From: Paraspadella gotoi
Lineage: Eukaryota; Animalia; Chaetognatha
DNA length: 64,000 bases
Reading direction: 5' to 3'
Assembly: GCA_051294375.1 (NCBI GenBank)
Contig: CM119266.1
Location: forward strand, 2,969,812-3,033,811
The notes under the pieces were generated by a model. It did not search any database, was not told where the DNA came from, and saw only the letters and a list, made by a program, of their open reading frames with translations. Position 1 is the first letter of the stretch, and each line of letters starts with the position of its first letter. Shown one piece after another: positions 39,941 through 51,419 of this stretch. The translations under genes and the position numbers were made by a program.

Positions 39941-40804
39941 AATCAGTAACAAAACCAGAACTTAACAAAATCAAATTGAGTAATTAATAAGAACGTTTTA
40001 ATTAGTCATTGACCCGTTTTCCTCGAATAAGTCGGTCACGGTCCATGCTACGCTTGCTACGGCTGTCACAAAGTTGCTACGCTTGCTACGGCTGTCACAA
40101 AGTTCCGCGGAGGAATGATAAATCACTAAATTCTCTCATTAATCACTTCATCACTAATTTGCCTAAACGTCCAGGTTTTTTCTCTCACTGATTTCACGCG
40201 CGCGAGTTCGACCTGAGAAGCTGATTCACGAGTCACGCCTCCACCAAACTTGCGACTTTTTTCACAAGTTTTTTCCTCCTTTTCTTTTTCCGTGTTTAAA
40301 AAATTCACTTTCCTCTTATTTTTCCCCGAATTCTAAAACGAGAAAATTTAAAAGTTTTCACAGATGTTTTAACGTTTTTTCAAGAATTTAACCGTTTCTA
40401 CTCATTCATAATTCCTGGTTTCTAGGTTCCCCCTTCCAAAAAATTAAAAAATTAAAAAGTTCACGTTTTCACATTTTCACATTTTCCCGGATTCACGCCT
40501 CCGTTCGACGTCTCATCCATATTTTCTCACGAGTCACAACCCAAAAAGTTCACCTTAGACTTCTTTTGCTTGAAAATTAGTGGGTTGCTGAGATTCACGC
40601 TGTAGAAGTGTACAGGGTTGTTCATTGGTACAGGGTTGTTCATTGTTCAAGGAGTTTAAAGCTTTTTTTACCGAAAGGGACACGAGTTTTTAGATAACTT
40701 AAGTTATCTTATTAATTTTCCTTTTTAAATTTGATTTCATTTTAGTTAATTTTTTTATTCTCCCGTACCTCATTACATAATCATTTCTTTTTTTCATTTT
40801 TACC

Positions 40805-41033
40805 TTCATTCATTCATTCATTCATTCATTCATTCATTCATTCATTCATTCATTCATTCAAGCATTCATTCATTCATTCATTCATTCATTCATTCATTCA
40901 TTCATTCATTCATTCATTCATTCATTCAATCATTCATTCATTCATTGAATCATTAATTTAATAATTAATTAATTAATTCCTATTCTTTCGTTATTTAATT
41001 CTTTCGTTATTTAATTCATTCATTTTTTAAAAT

Positions 41034-41124
<91 letters not shown>

Positions 41125-41125
41125 T
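40805..41125. repeat. (ATTC)n and (ATTT)n microsatellites
   Basis: Direct inspection. Confidence 0.97.
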
Positions 41126-41449
41126 ATATATATATTTTAGTATTAGTTTTTCTCTCTTTTCTCCTCCCACTGTGCTTCTTCATCTTTTTTATGAACAAAT
41201 TTTGTAAAACATAAAAAACTAGAAATTATTTTTAATTTTTTTTATTTTTTAAAATTTTGTTAAAATTGAATTTCATTTTTTTACAATATTTTTCGAATAT
41301 TGAAGAATCTTGTTGTAAGGACGACGACGACGACGACAACGAGAGCAACGATAATGACAACAACAACAACAACAAGTCCAATTCCGTGGACAGATCAGGA
41401 TTAAAGGATCGAAAGGAGATTCCAGCGAATTTGAAATGCGGCGGAAGTT

Positions 41450-41500
<51 letters not shown>

Positions 41501-41794
41501 GCGATAGGAATTTCCAAGTGATTTCTCGCGCGTAAAACGAGTAAACAGAATAAAGTAGAAATAATTACAAATTAAAGCTAAACAAGATTTAATGTATATT
41601 TATATTTATCCAGACAAATTAAAAAGTATCCGTCTCGTAACTGTCATCAAAGTAAACACTATTTTTTTGTCGAATCCATTTTTAACTTTTAATGATTCAA
41701 TTAAATTCCATTTACTTTCCTTCAGCTCAACGCTCTTCGGTTCCATTCGTCATTTACCCCCCGTCGCTAAATTTCCATCCGTTTGAATGACTTT

Positions 41795-41867
41795 GGCTAA
41801 GGCTAAGGCTAAGGCTAAGGCTAAGGCTAAGGCTAAGGCTAAGGCTAAGGCTAAGGCTAAGGCTAAG
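41795..41867. repeat. (GGCTAA)12 hexamer microsatellite
   Basis: Perfect array. Confidence 0.97.
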
Positions 41868-42601
41868 TTTGGCTCGAGCTAAGCATGATACGGAAATTTC
41901 AATGTGTTGTTCCGCGTTGATTTTCATACTAATACGCGAATGGATTGGGCTTTGAGTTTGGCTTTGAGTTGAGGTTAAAACTAAATTCAAGAATTAAAGA
42001 ACTTAACTGATACCTCTCTGCCAAGTATTAGCTAAAATGATTTAGTATTATATCAATTATAGTACATTTCTGGTCTTATCTCATGTTCGAATTTTCACGT
42101 GATTGCACAATTATGAAACTTATTTGTTGGTAAAGAATCTTATGGTTCATAACCTTTTTTCAAAGTATTTACAAAGAAAATTATAATTCAACTGCTTTTT
42201 CTTTACTTTTAAAAGATTGTTTTCCCTACTTATCCAATAGTACTAGCGGCGCAACTGAAAATTAGTTCGATCCGAGTATAGAGACCGACAAACGACAGTT
42301 TTGTGTCTCCGAGACGACGGTCGGATATTACCTCCCCCCCATACGCCCCCCTTTCTTTCCACGAGCTCGTGTCGTCCGTAAACCATAAAAATTCCTGTAA
42401 ACCCATTTACCTTTGCCCATAAACTTACGGCCGATTGACCCCGAAGCATTGGGGGTGCGTGGGGGAGGGGCGAGAGGACAGGGGAGGGATGGGGGAGAGA
42501 TAGGGGAGGGATAGGGGAGGGATAGAGGAGGGATAGAGGAGGAATAGGGGAGAGGGCGGAGGGGGAAACTACGCTTATAAAGGGGAAGGGGAAACAGCTT
42601 A

Positions 42602-42678
<77 letters not shown>

Positions 42679-42804
42679 GTTCCTATTACCTATATACTAA
42701 AGCGTAGCAAAAATATTAAAATCAAGTAGAATCAAAAGTCGAATAGATCACGAACAGGCTTCTTGTACCTGTGAACATTTTTAAATAAAAAAAATTGTAT
42801 TTGT

Positions 42805-43165
42805 ATTTTTCAATTTTCGCAAGCACCCATATTTATACATAGTACCCCACTATAGAAATTGTCAAAATTTTAATATAGTTTTTTCTTATTTTTAAAAGCA
42901 GATTCGAATTCCTCACGAAAATTTTAGAAAATTATTTCATTTAGTGGGTCAAAATCCTAAAAAAACTATTATTATTAACCTATAATTAAATTTTAGTATA
43001 AAAGTATAGTTTTGGCTAACATAATGAAAGAATTTTTGATTAATACTTTCTTATATCAACTTTTTATGAGGAATTCGAATCTGCTTTCAAAACTAAGAAA
43101 AAACTGTTTTAAAATTTTGACAATTTCTATATATAAATATGGGCTAATGCAAAAATTGAGAATTT
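42805..43165. mobile_element. Foldback/MITE-like element with about 110-bp inverted arms
   Basis: tatagaaattgtcaaaatttta...aaagcagattcgaattcctca is mirrored by tgaggaattcgaatctgcttt...taaaattttgacaatttctata; a related fragment lies near 63065-63135. Confidence 0.75.
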
Positions 43166-43200
43166 TTTTTTCATATGGCAATATTCTTTAGTCCAAGACT

Positions 43201-43266
43201 GTGAGATGTGAGATGTGAGATGCCCAAATCCAATGGGAATCACAGGCAACCCGGTTGTTGACATAA
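43201..43266 (+). mobile_element. 5'-truncated copy (3' end only) of the 34769-35023 element
   Basis: gtgagatgcccaaatccaatgggaatcacaggcaacccggttgttgacataa versus gtgagatgccccatcccaatgggcatcacaggcaacctggcttttgccataa; GTGAGAT is triplicated at the 5' junction. Confidence 0.8.
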
Positions 43267-44309
43267 TATATTATTCTTTCCTTCTGTGACATAGTCTTAG
43301 AATTTCGCTGTTTTCTTATAAGAAAAACATCTCATTCTTATCCAGTGATCTACTTCCCTGCAGCCATTAGAATTAGATTTAGGTTCAAGAAGTAATAAAA
43401 CCTTTTTACTTTTGCTTATTATTACTTATAAAAAAAGTTTCACAGGATTGCGGGACAATTAACCATGGAAAATAATTGGACGAGTTGCACTGGGATTCTG
43501 GTATTTTTGGATCGAGGTTGACGCTCAATTTAAAAACCCTTTTTGGTTCATTGAGCATTAATTCATCAGGAAGATGAATTTATTTAGAAATGAACGGATA
43601 AATTTCAGTCTTTAATGACAACTTTGAGTTTATTTAACTGTTTGAATATCTTAGTTTTTTCAAATTCATAAAGTCAATATTCTTACTCCATACAGTAAAT
43701 ATTTTTTAAAACGAAGGGCAACAGAGGAATGCTTCAACTGCGTAAACACTTAATTATTTTACTATATATATCTCGTAGTAGCTTATAAATTATAAAATAG
43801 ATTTTACACATTTTTTTTATCGGGGGGGGGTTTGGGTTTGGGAAGAATATCATTGCGCAAGAAGACCAACGATTATTAGTTCCAAAACTGGTGAGAAGAA
43901 AAAACAACTTAAAAACAGAATGAAACAAAACAACATTCAAAATGCCATAACATTGTAAAGAACCACTGTTAATGAGAATTATTATGAAAATAATTCGGAT
44001 TAAAAAATAAACAAACAAAAAGAAATAAAAAATCATCGCATTGGCCACGCAAAATGGAATGAACGTCAATGATATTAATATTAATTGAACAATAAATGAT
44101 AATCATCACCAAGGTACTAATAATAACACGAGTAATAAATAAATTTTGTTCGTAGTCGATGACCGTAGTCGTTGATTGCACTCGAGAAATTGATGATCAG
44201 TGATCGCATAAATGAGCCATCTGTGTTTGTATCGGAGAGAACAGAAGGGTTGTCTACTTGTTTTCGGTTGACGCTGTAAGTAGCGTCTCGCGAGGAGTAG
44301 AGAATGCGT

Positions 44310-44670
44310 TCAGATTGGCGGAGTATGCAATCAAATTGGCGGAGAATGCAGTCAAATGGGCGGAGAATGCAATCAAATTGGCGGAGAATGCAGTCAAATG
44401 GGCGGAGAATGCAGTCAGATAAGCAGAGAATGGAGTCAGATGGGCGGATAATGAGTCAGATGGTCGGATAACTCAGTGAAATTTGCGGAGATTACAGTGA
44501 GCTGAAGACAGAATACAGTCAGATGAGCAGAGAATGTAGTCAGATGGGCGGAGAATGCAGTAATGAGCGCAGAATGCATCGAGATGGCCGGAAAATGCAG
44601 TCAGATGGAGGTAGAATGCAGCGAAATGTGCGGAGAATGCAATAAGATGAGCAGAGACTGCAGTCAGGTG
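44310..44670. repeat. Degenerate 21-bp minisatellite (cagatgggcggagaatgcagt)
   Basis: About 17 imperfect copies. Confidence 0.9.
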
Positions 44671-44837
44671 AACAGTAGAGATGATGTCATGTGATTCCGC
44701 CATTTTTTCTTCACTGATTCTCGTGCGTGAAAACAATTTCCTCAATTTATTGTTTTTTCTTCTTTTTTTTTCTTTTTTTTTCTTTCGCTCCCGTTGACGC
44801 CGAGACTTGAGACGGCGACGGACGCCGATGACGCCGA

Positions 44838-44952
44838 CCGACGCCGCCCGACGACACATGACGCCGCCCGACGACGCATGACGCCGCCCGACGACGCATG
44901 ACGCCGCCCGACGACGCATGACGCCGCCCGACGACGCATGACGCCGCCCGAC
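44838..44952. repeat. 20-bp tandem repeat (gacgccgcccgacgacgcat)
   Basis: About 5.5 copies. Confidence 0.95.
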
Positions 44953-45134
44953 CCCGTCGCCGAGGCAAGACGACAGTTTTGTTGACATCTCAATCTCTTC
45001 TTCGTCGTTGCTTCAACGTAACCGGGACAGCGTCATCATCCGCGCCACACGCCTGCATTGGACAAGTCCGTCAGAGAGCCACGCCCGTTCTAGACGGTCC
45101 TGTCACAGCGCCACGCCCGTTCTTGACGGTCCCG

Positions 45135-45207
45135 TCACAGCGCCACGTCTTTATGCCCACGTGGCACGACGGGCGACGGCGTTAGAGATCGATCGGGAAT
45201 CTCCGTT
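45135..45207 (-). CDS. Peptide GPCR, probable last coding exon (RTEIPDRSLTPSPVVPRGHKDVAL*)
   Basis: ttttctctccttcag acceptor; phase 2 fits the preceding exon. Confidence 0.65.
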
Positions 45208-45550
45208 CTGAAGGAGAGAAAATGATAAAGAAATGGCGGTGAATAACAAGAAATCATATGACTTAACATAAAAGGACAATTATGCAAAAATGCAAAAATG
45301 CAAAAATAACGCAGAATAATACAAAAAACTATAAATAACTCGAAATGCAGATTAAATTTAAAAAAATAGTTATAAAATGACCATAAATGACTCAAGAAAT
45401 AAGACAAAACGGTCATTAATGACAACACTTAACACGAAAAGATATCAAAGGGCGCGAAATAACAATACCAAAACAAAACTCTAAGAGAAGATGCGATAAA
45501 TGTCGATAAATGACATAAAAATATGACAGACGTGACACAAAATAAGAGAC

Positions 45551-45692
45551 CTGGCCCCCATCGGGATGAGGTCGTCCTCTCTTAGCGCCGACATGAGTTT
45601 CCGAGATTCCGCCGCTGCCGCCGCCGACGAGGACGCCCGCCGCCCGCGGGAGGAAAGGCGGGTCAGCGTCGTCTCCACTCCCGAGGTCATCC
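45551..45692 (-). CDS. Peptide GPCR, C-tail exon (GMTSGVETTLTRLSSRGRRASSSAAAAAESRKLMSALREDDLIPMGA)
   Basis: ccctccattag acceptor; phase 1 fits the helix-8 exon; Ser/Thr-rich tail; the CAG|gtctct donor is weak. Confidence 0.75.
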
Positions 45693-46519
45693 CTAATGGA
45701 GGGGGGGATGGAAAGGGGGAAAGGGATTTAAGGGGAGGGAGTGTTGTGATTTTGAGACCGGTGGTAAGTCGCCTCAATATTTTAAGATAGTTTTTGTAAT
45801 TGGGATTGTAAGAGAAGGGGGCGGAAAAAGAGTTAAATTTTTTGAAATGGAAATAATTATTTTTATTCTAGTGCGTTTAAGAGAAAAGATTCGGGATCTC
45901 TGAATATTTTAATCATTTTAAAATGAAACTAAAAGATAAAAAAAAATCCAAAAAACTGATTCACTGCCTTCGAATTCATACCCAATTAATAAAAATTTTC
46001 AAATTAATAGTATATAATAGTATAAGTTGATTGTACCTTTTTAAGTTGTAAATTTGTTAGAGTAAATCTTGGAATGATTAATGCTATAGTCTACATCGTT
46101 AATTGAATATTTATCTATCTTGCCAGATCTAAATCTGTCCTTACCATAAAGAGTGCTCCTAACTACAATCTCACCTTACCATAAAAAGTAGTTATGATCA
46201 TAATCTCTCCTCACCATAGAAGCCTCTGATCGATAAGGCTTTTGGATTTTTTCTCTCGCTGCCTCCTCTGAATTTCCTCAGTTCGGTAGTTAACAATGCG
46301 GACTAAAATAAATCGGATTTAAATAAGTAAAAACAATTTTAAAATAAAATAATTTAATTTTACTTTAAGCAATTAAGTAGTACTTAAAATAAGTAATTTT
46401 TTCTATTTAAATTATTTGAAAAAAATTTTTGAATTAATGGATTTTAACTTAATAAACAAGAATAGTGATTCCAACAATAGTTGTGCCGCAGTGAGTTTAT
46501 TTCCATGAGTATTTCCTTT

Positions 46520-46812
46520 TGATCACATGATATGACATGACATGACATGACTAAAAAACTTTCTTAGCCTTTTATTTATGACATGCACTGCATTAAAATT
46601 GCGTCTTTTATTCTTTATAGTTATCGGATTTCCTGAAGACGGCGCTAGCAGTCCCTTAGATTTGAGATTTTTTTCTGTCTTAACAAATGAACAACCATCT
46701 ATAGGCGAATTATATGCATTCCTAACGTAAGTGCGACAGACCGACGGACAGACATACCGACCGACAGACCAACAGACAGACCGAAGTAACTTATAGCGTT
46801 GCTCTACGAGTC
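46520..46812 (-). mobile_element. HINE-like family 1 copy inside a GPCR intron
   Basis: Homologous to 28192-28470. Confidence 0.65.
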
Positions 46813-47941
46813 TTTGCGGCGTAACTATAAACCGAATAGATTTGGGTACTATCAGTTGTGCTTTATTAAAAAATATACGAAAAAAGAAAGAAAATATAAT
46901 ATTGACAATAATTAGACGACATTGTTTAAAGTTTAATAATTGTTTATAGTTATCACAAAAGATCACTTGATTTATAATCCCTTTTGAACCCAATCCTGTT
47001 ACCAGGACGAATTAGGGTTAAGGGAATTTAATGTGGAAGAGAATTGTTCGGAAGATATTAGAAGATCATTCTATACAATTTATAAATATTATAAATGTTA
47101 AAATTTATTATAAATATTTTTATAGATATTTTATATATATGTATATATCTTAATTATAGTAATAATCATTATAAAAACATTGAATGAAGGACGTGAACAA
47201 TAAACAGCGCATCGGGTCGTGCAAAAGAATTTAATACGCGGCTTAAGAAAATCCCTAAATATCAAAATTTTTGAATCATAACAAACAAGATTAAGGGAGG
47301 AATTTTTGAAATAAATAAAACTGGCAAGCTTTTCAAGTAATCCTGCTCTTAATTGTAGAAATGAATTTTATGAAAGCCACCTCATGCTTACCTGATTATT
47401 TAAGCCTGTTGAAGGTCAAGGAAAGATTTTAAAATAATAAAAAATAACGATAACATTTGATATAACAAAAAAGTCTCAGAAATACCCTTGAAATAATTTA
47501 TCTCACATATCAAAGCTTTCTATCACTATCAAATCTCAAAAGGCCAAGAGAGATTCTTTTTTTTTTTTGAGAGATTCTTATTTTTTTCTAATAAAATGTT
47601 ATTATTTTTTTAAATTTCAAAAAAATAATAAGATTATTAAGTAAATAAGTTAAACAAAATCATAAGAAATAAGGAGTTCAAAGTAAAAAGATAAAACTGT
47701 ATTCACAACCATTTATATATTGTCTTTTAGTGTTTGGAACGCTATATTAATATCCTTTTTTTTCAAAACAAATTATTTGAGCAATTACTACAAATAAAGC
47801 ATGTTAAAATTGTTACAGTTAGAGCAGTTACTATCAGTCGGGGTCTTCAAGCTATCACAAAAACTGTATAACACTTTTAAGCAATAATGCGATGTATGTA
47901 CAATGTTGTTTGTAGGTTATAAATGTGAAAAGTATTTTTAC

Positions 47942-48062
47942 CTCGTCCGTGATTCCTGGCGTATCTCGCAGGGCAAAAGATCTTCGAGTAAATTTTGAGA
48001 AATTCTTGGCGAAAGTTTCGTCCGCTCATGAAGTAGAGAAGAAATGTGAGCGAATGATTGGC
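47942..48062 (-). CDS. Peptide GPCR (FMRFamide-receptor-like class A), end of TM7 plus helix 8 (ANHSLTFLLYFMSGRNFRQEFLKIYSKIFCPARYARNHGR)
   Basis: Matches the N-x-S-x-(N)-F-x-L-Y-x-x-S-G-x-x-F-R pattern of this receptor group; canonical tttcttag / GAG|gtaaaa splice sites. Confidence 0.9.
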
Positions 48063-48593
48063 CTAAGAAAGGAAAGATAGATGTTGATTGGTTGGTGACG
48101 GAGCAATACTGAACGCTCATTGGCGATAAAAAGGGGAAATAGGAAGATAGAAAAGTTAAAAGAGGGGAAAAAGGCAAAACAATTGTATTATACTGAAAAT
48201 AGAGTCTGTGAAAGCCAGGTAAATAAATAACAAGAATGATTTTAATATGTTAAATAATCAGTAAAGATGTTTAAATGAAACATGAACAGTGATGCATAAT
48301 TGATCATCCCTCGAACATCGAAAAAATTACCGTTTCAGTCAAAGCATTCAAATTTTCTGTCTCTAAGTGACGACGAAAGCGGAAAACGATTTTGCGACTG
48401 AAGATGGTTGAACCTCATTTCCAGAGTTTTTCTTTCTTTCGGATTTGCACATTTGTTTGGGTTTTTTTTTACTTCACGCGTTTTTCCAGCTCTATTTCTT
48501 TCTTTTTTGCTTTATTCCTTTATATCTCTCTTTCCTTTTCTTAATAACTTTACTTTTTTTAAAATCTACTTTGGCACAGAAGATTATTCTCAC

Positions 48594-48670
48594 CTGAGAA
48601 ATTATCATTGTGGCCCAAAACATTTGAGTCGTGTAATCGTCGAGTCGCTTCTTTTCCGAAATGAGCATCA
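48594..48670 (-). CDS. Peptide GPCR, ECL3 plus start of TM7 (VMLISEKKRLDDYTTQMFWATMIISQ)
   Basis: ttttttatcacag acceptor, CAG|gtgaga donor; phase 1 to phase 0 bridges the two flanking exons exactly. Confidence 0.88.
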
Positions 48671-49003
48671 CTGTGATAAAAAAGTTAATGAATTAATTTT
48701 TAAAATATAGAATAGAATAGTATATTTGCAATTATGTTATTTAGTGTATTTACTAAAATTTTTGTTCCAATGAGCTCCTAAAAAAGTTATTAAAAAAAGA
48801 CCCATTTTTAAAAAAAACATTCCTAAATTTTGATAATTACGCAGCATGTGTCACCTCGCTTAATTTTTGTCGACCTCCCTCCGTTTTCCTGATTTTCTTG
48901 TTTCGGCAAGTTGTGCCGACTCTAACTCACCCACTACTCACCAATCATTCAATTCCCACTCACCAGTCACCCACCAATCACCAAATCGCTCCAACCCACT
49001 CAC

Positions 49004-49317
49004 CCTCAATCACCACGATGGGCAGATTACAGAGCAGGAACATGAAGGACACCGTCAGCAACATGGCGACCATCTTGGTCGTCTGCACGGCGTTGGCTCC
49101 GATGCGTCTTGATTCCCGCGCCGCGGACGCGTCCTGTCGCCGCCGCCCGGCGAGCGCAGCGCCGCCGCCGGCCGCCGCGGCGTCTCCGTTGCCGGCGATC
49201 GAGTTGTTGTTGTGAATCGTCGTCTGTTGCATCGAAGCCTCGAATCCTCGGAGGCCGTGGATGATGAGAACGTTGCAAATGAGGAGGAAGGAGATGGGAC
49301 GGCACGGACGGATATGG
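49004..49317 (-). CDS. Peptide GPCR, TM5-ICL3-TM6 (PISFLLICNVLIIHGLRGFE...QTTKMVAMLLTVSFMFLLCNLPIVVIE)
   Basis: TM5 P-x6-C-N-x-x-I-I and TM6 F-x-x-C-x-L-P motifs; GAGG|gtgagt donor; the 5' boundary and phase are uncertain. Confidence 0.9.
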
Positions 49318-50107
49318 CTTAAGGGGGGAGTGGATGAGAGGGAAAGAGGGAGGGAGAAGAAGAAGTGGAGGAGAGGAGGGAGAGAGGAAGGGGTGGGGGA
49401 GGGATAGAGGGAGGGGGAAGAAGAAGTGGAGGAGAGGAGGGATTAAGAGGAGAGGAAAGGGAAAGAGGGAGGAAGGGGAGGTAGAAATTAGGAGAAGGGA
49501 GAGAGGAGGGGGTGGGGAAGGAAGAGAGAAGGGGTGGGGGTGGGCGTGGGGAAGGGAACGAAGATCAGGATTAGTCGCACAAGTGGGGAATGAAAAAAAT
49601 AACTCGCTCTTTTCGAAATAAAAACCAATACGTAACTAAATAGTACCAAAAATGGTGGAAAACTAAATAAAATTTTTTTCGTCATTTTTCAATTTGAAGT
49701 AACAATATTTGTTTGCCTGTAACTTCTAAACGATTTGACCTACAAAAAAAGGAATGAAGCTTCCGAATGGAAATTAGATGTAGATTCGAAAACATTCTGA
49801 TTTCTTTTAAATCAAACAAGTTTTCGAGTAGATATCCTTATTAAAATGTGATATACTTTTTTCTTAGTATACAGAGGAAGCGGCAGTGATCAACACTGTG
49901 AGCAGCAACTTTGAGCAGCACTGAGAACATATCGTTGATATTATAATATAATAGTTTATTTTATTAATAAAAATATGAACAACTGGAAATTGGATAAAAG
50001 TCTTACTTTTGACGAGCGGCTCAACTCTTTTGATGTAGCGCAATTTACTGCTGAAGACAACAGTTTGATTGACCCGTGTCGTCTGGTTGTTAACGAAGAG
50101 TTCCTGT

Positions 50108-50220
<113 letters not shown>

Positions 50221-50954
50221 AGAGAGAATTATCCCTAGATGATAAAAATCTGCTGACGAAGTTGCGCGTCGCTCACTTAGTTTTACGACTGTAAAAACTT
50301 CAGCGACGTAATGAAGAAAATTGAAAATAAAAGAAAAAAGATGAAAATCAAAAATAAAAACTTGTCTTTACATGTTTCTCTGATATACTTATTGATAAAC
50401 CTCGAAGCTTTGCGCTTAGAAGAAAGGAAAAAATAAAATGCGAAAGAGAAAAAACTTAGGAAGAGTTACTGACACGTTAGACTAACCGACAGACCGACAG
50501 ACCGACGGACCGACGGACCGACTGTACTGACAACTGTCTTTCAAAACAGTCGTCTTCTGATTTGACTCACCAGTCTCCAGTCACCATTCACCATTCACCA
50601 CATCTCGCTCTACAGGATTTGGATTTTCTCCAACTGAAATGCCTCCAACGTTGGAAGAGAAAATAAAGAAAAAAGGAGATTTTTTTCCCCCTAGCAACCA
50701 GAGATTCTTTCGTTTCCTTGGCAATCGAACTTTGCCTGGAAACGGAATCCTGTACTCTGCGGCAAAATGTCGTCGCTTTGTTCACCATTTCGACGAATCT
50801 TTATTTTCCTTTCACTTCTTCGACGATTATCTTTTGTTACTTAAACTTATACTATAAGTTAAAGACGAATTTCGTTTACTTTCTACCCTTTACGGCGAAT
50901 CTGTCTTCCCCTTAGCGACGATTTTTACTCACCTTAGCGACGACTTTTACTCAC

Positions 50955-51064
50955 CTTAGCGACGGTCGTGTAAAAGTCCGGAGCGCAATTTCCGTTGATG
51001 CTGGTGAAAAGCCAAAAGAAGCGAACGCCTTGGAGAAGAGCGATGAGGGAGATCACGCCGAGGA
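50955..51064 (-). CDS. Peptide GPCR, TM4-ECL2 (LGVISLIALLQGVRFFWLFTSINGNCAPDFYTTVAK)
   Basis: Hydrophobic helix followed by the ECL2 Cys; ctcag acceptor, AAG|gtgagt donor. Confidence 0.8.
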
Positions 51065-51253
51065 CTGAGATCAGGAGAGAGANNNNNNNNNNGAGAGAGA
51101 GGGGGAGAAAAGGGAAGAAGGAACGAAAATAAAACATGAAAGCGACTCTGAAAGAAAAAAAGGCAAAAAAGAAAAAAAAGCTTTTGCCTTTTTTTCTTTT
51201 TAATTATTCCTTGGACCTTCATTTTTTCTTTCCTTCCCTCCTTTCCCATCATT

Positions 51254-51337
<84 letters not shown>

Positions 51338-51419
51338 TTTTCTTGCATTTTTTTTCTCTTTTTGTTTTTCTTTTTTTCTTTCTTTTTACCCTGCCTTATT
51401 TCATTCTGACACACTCTCT

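Noticed and set aside
41795-41867. (GGCTAA)n as an interstitial telomere
   Set aside because: The reverse complement is TTAGCC, not TTAGGC, TTAGGG or TTAGG.
44122-44275. Phase-2 open frame after a tacttacag acceptor as an alternative GPCR last exon
   Set aside because: The phase match has a one-in-three chance and there is no other support.
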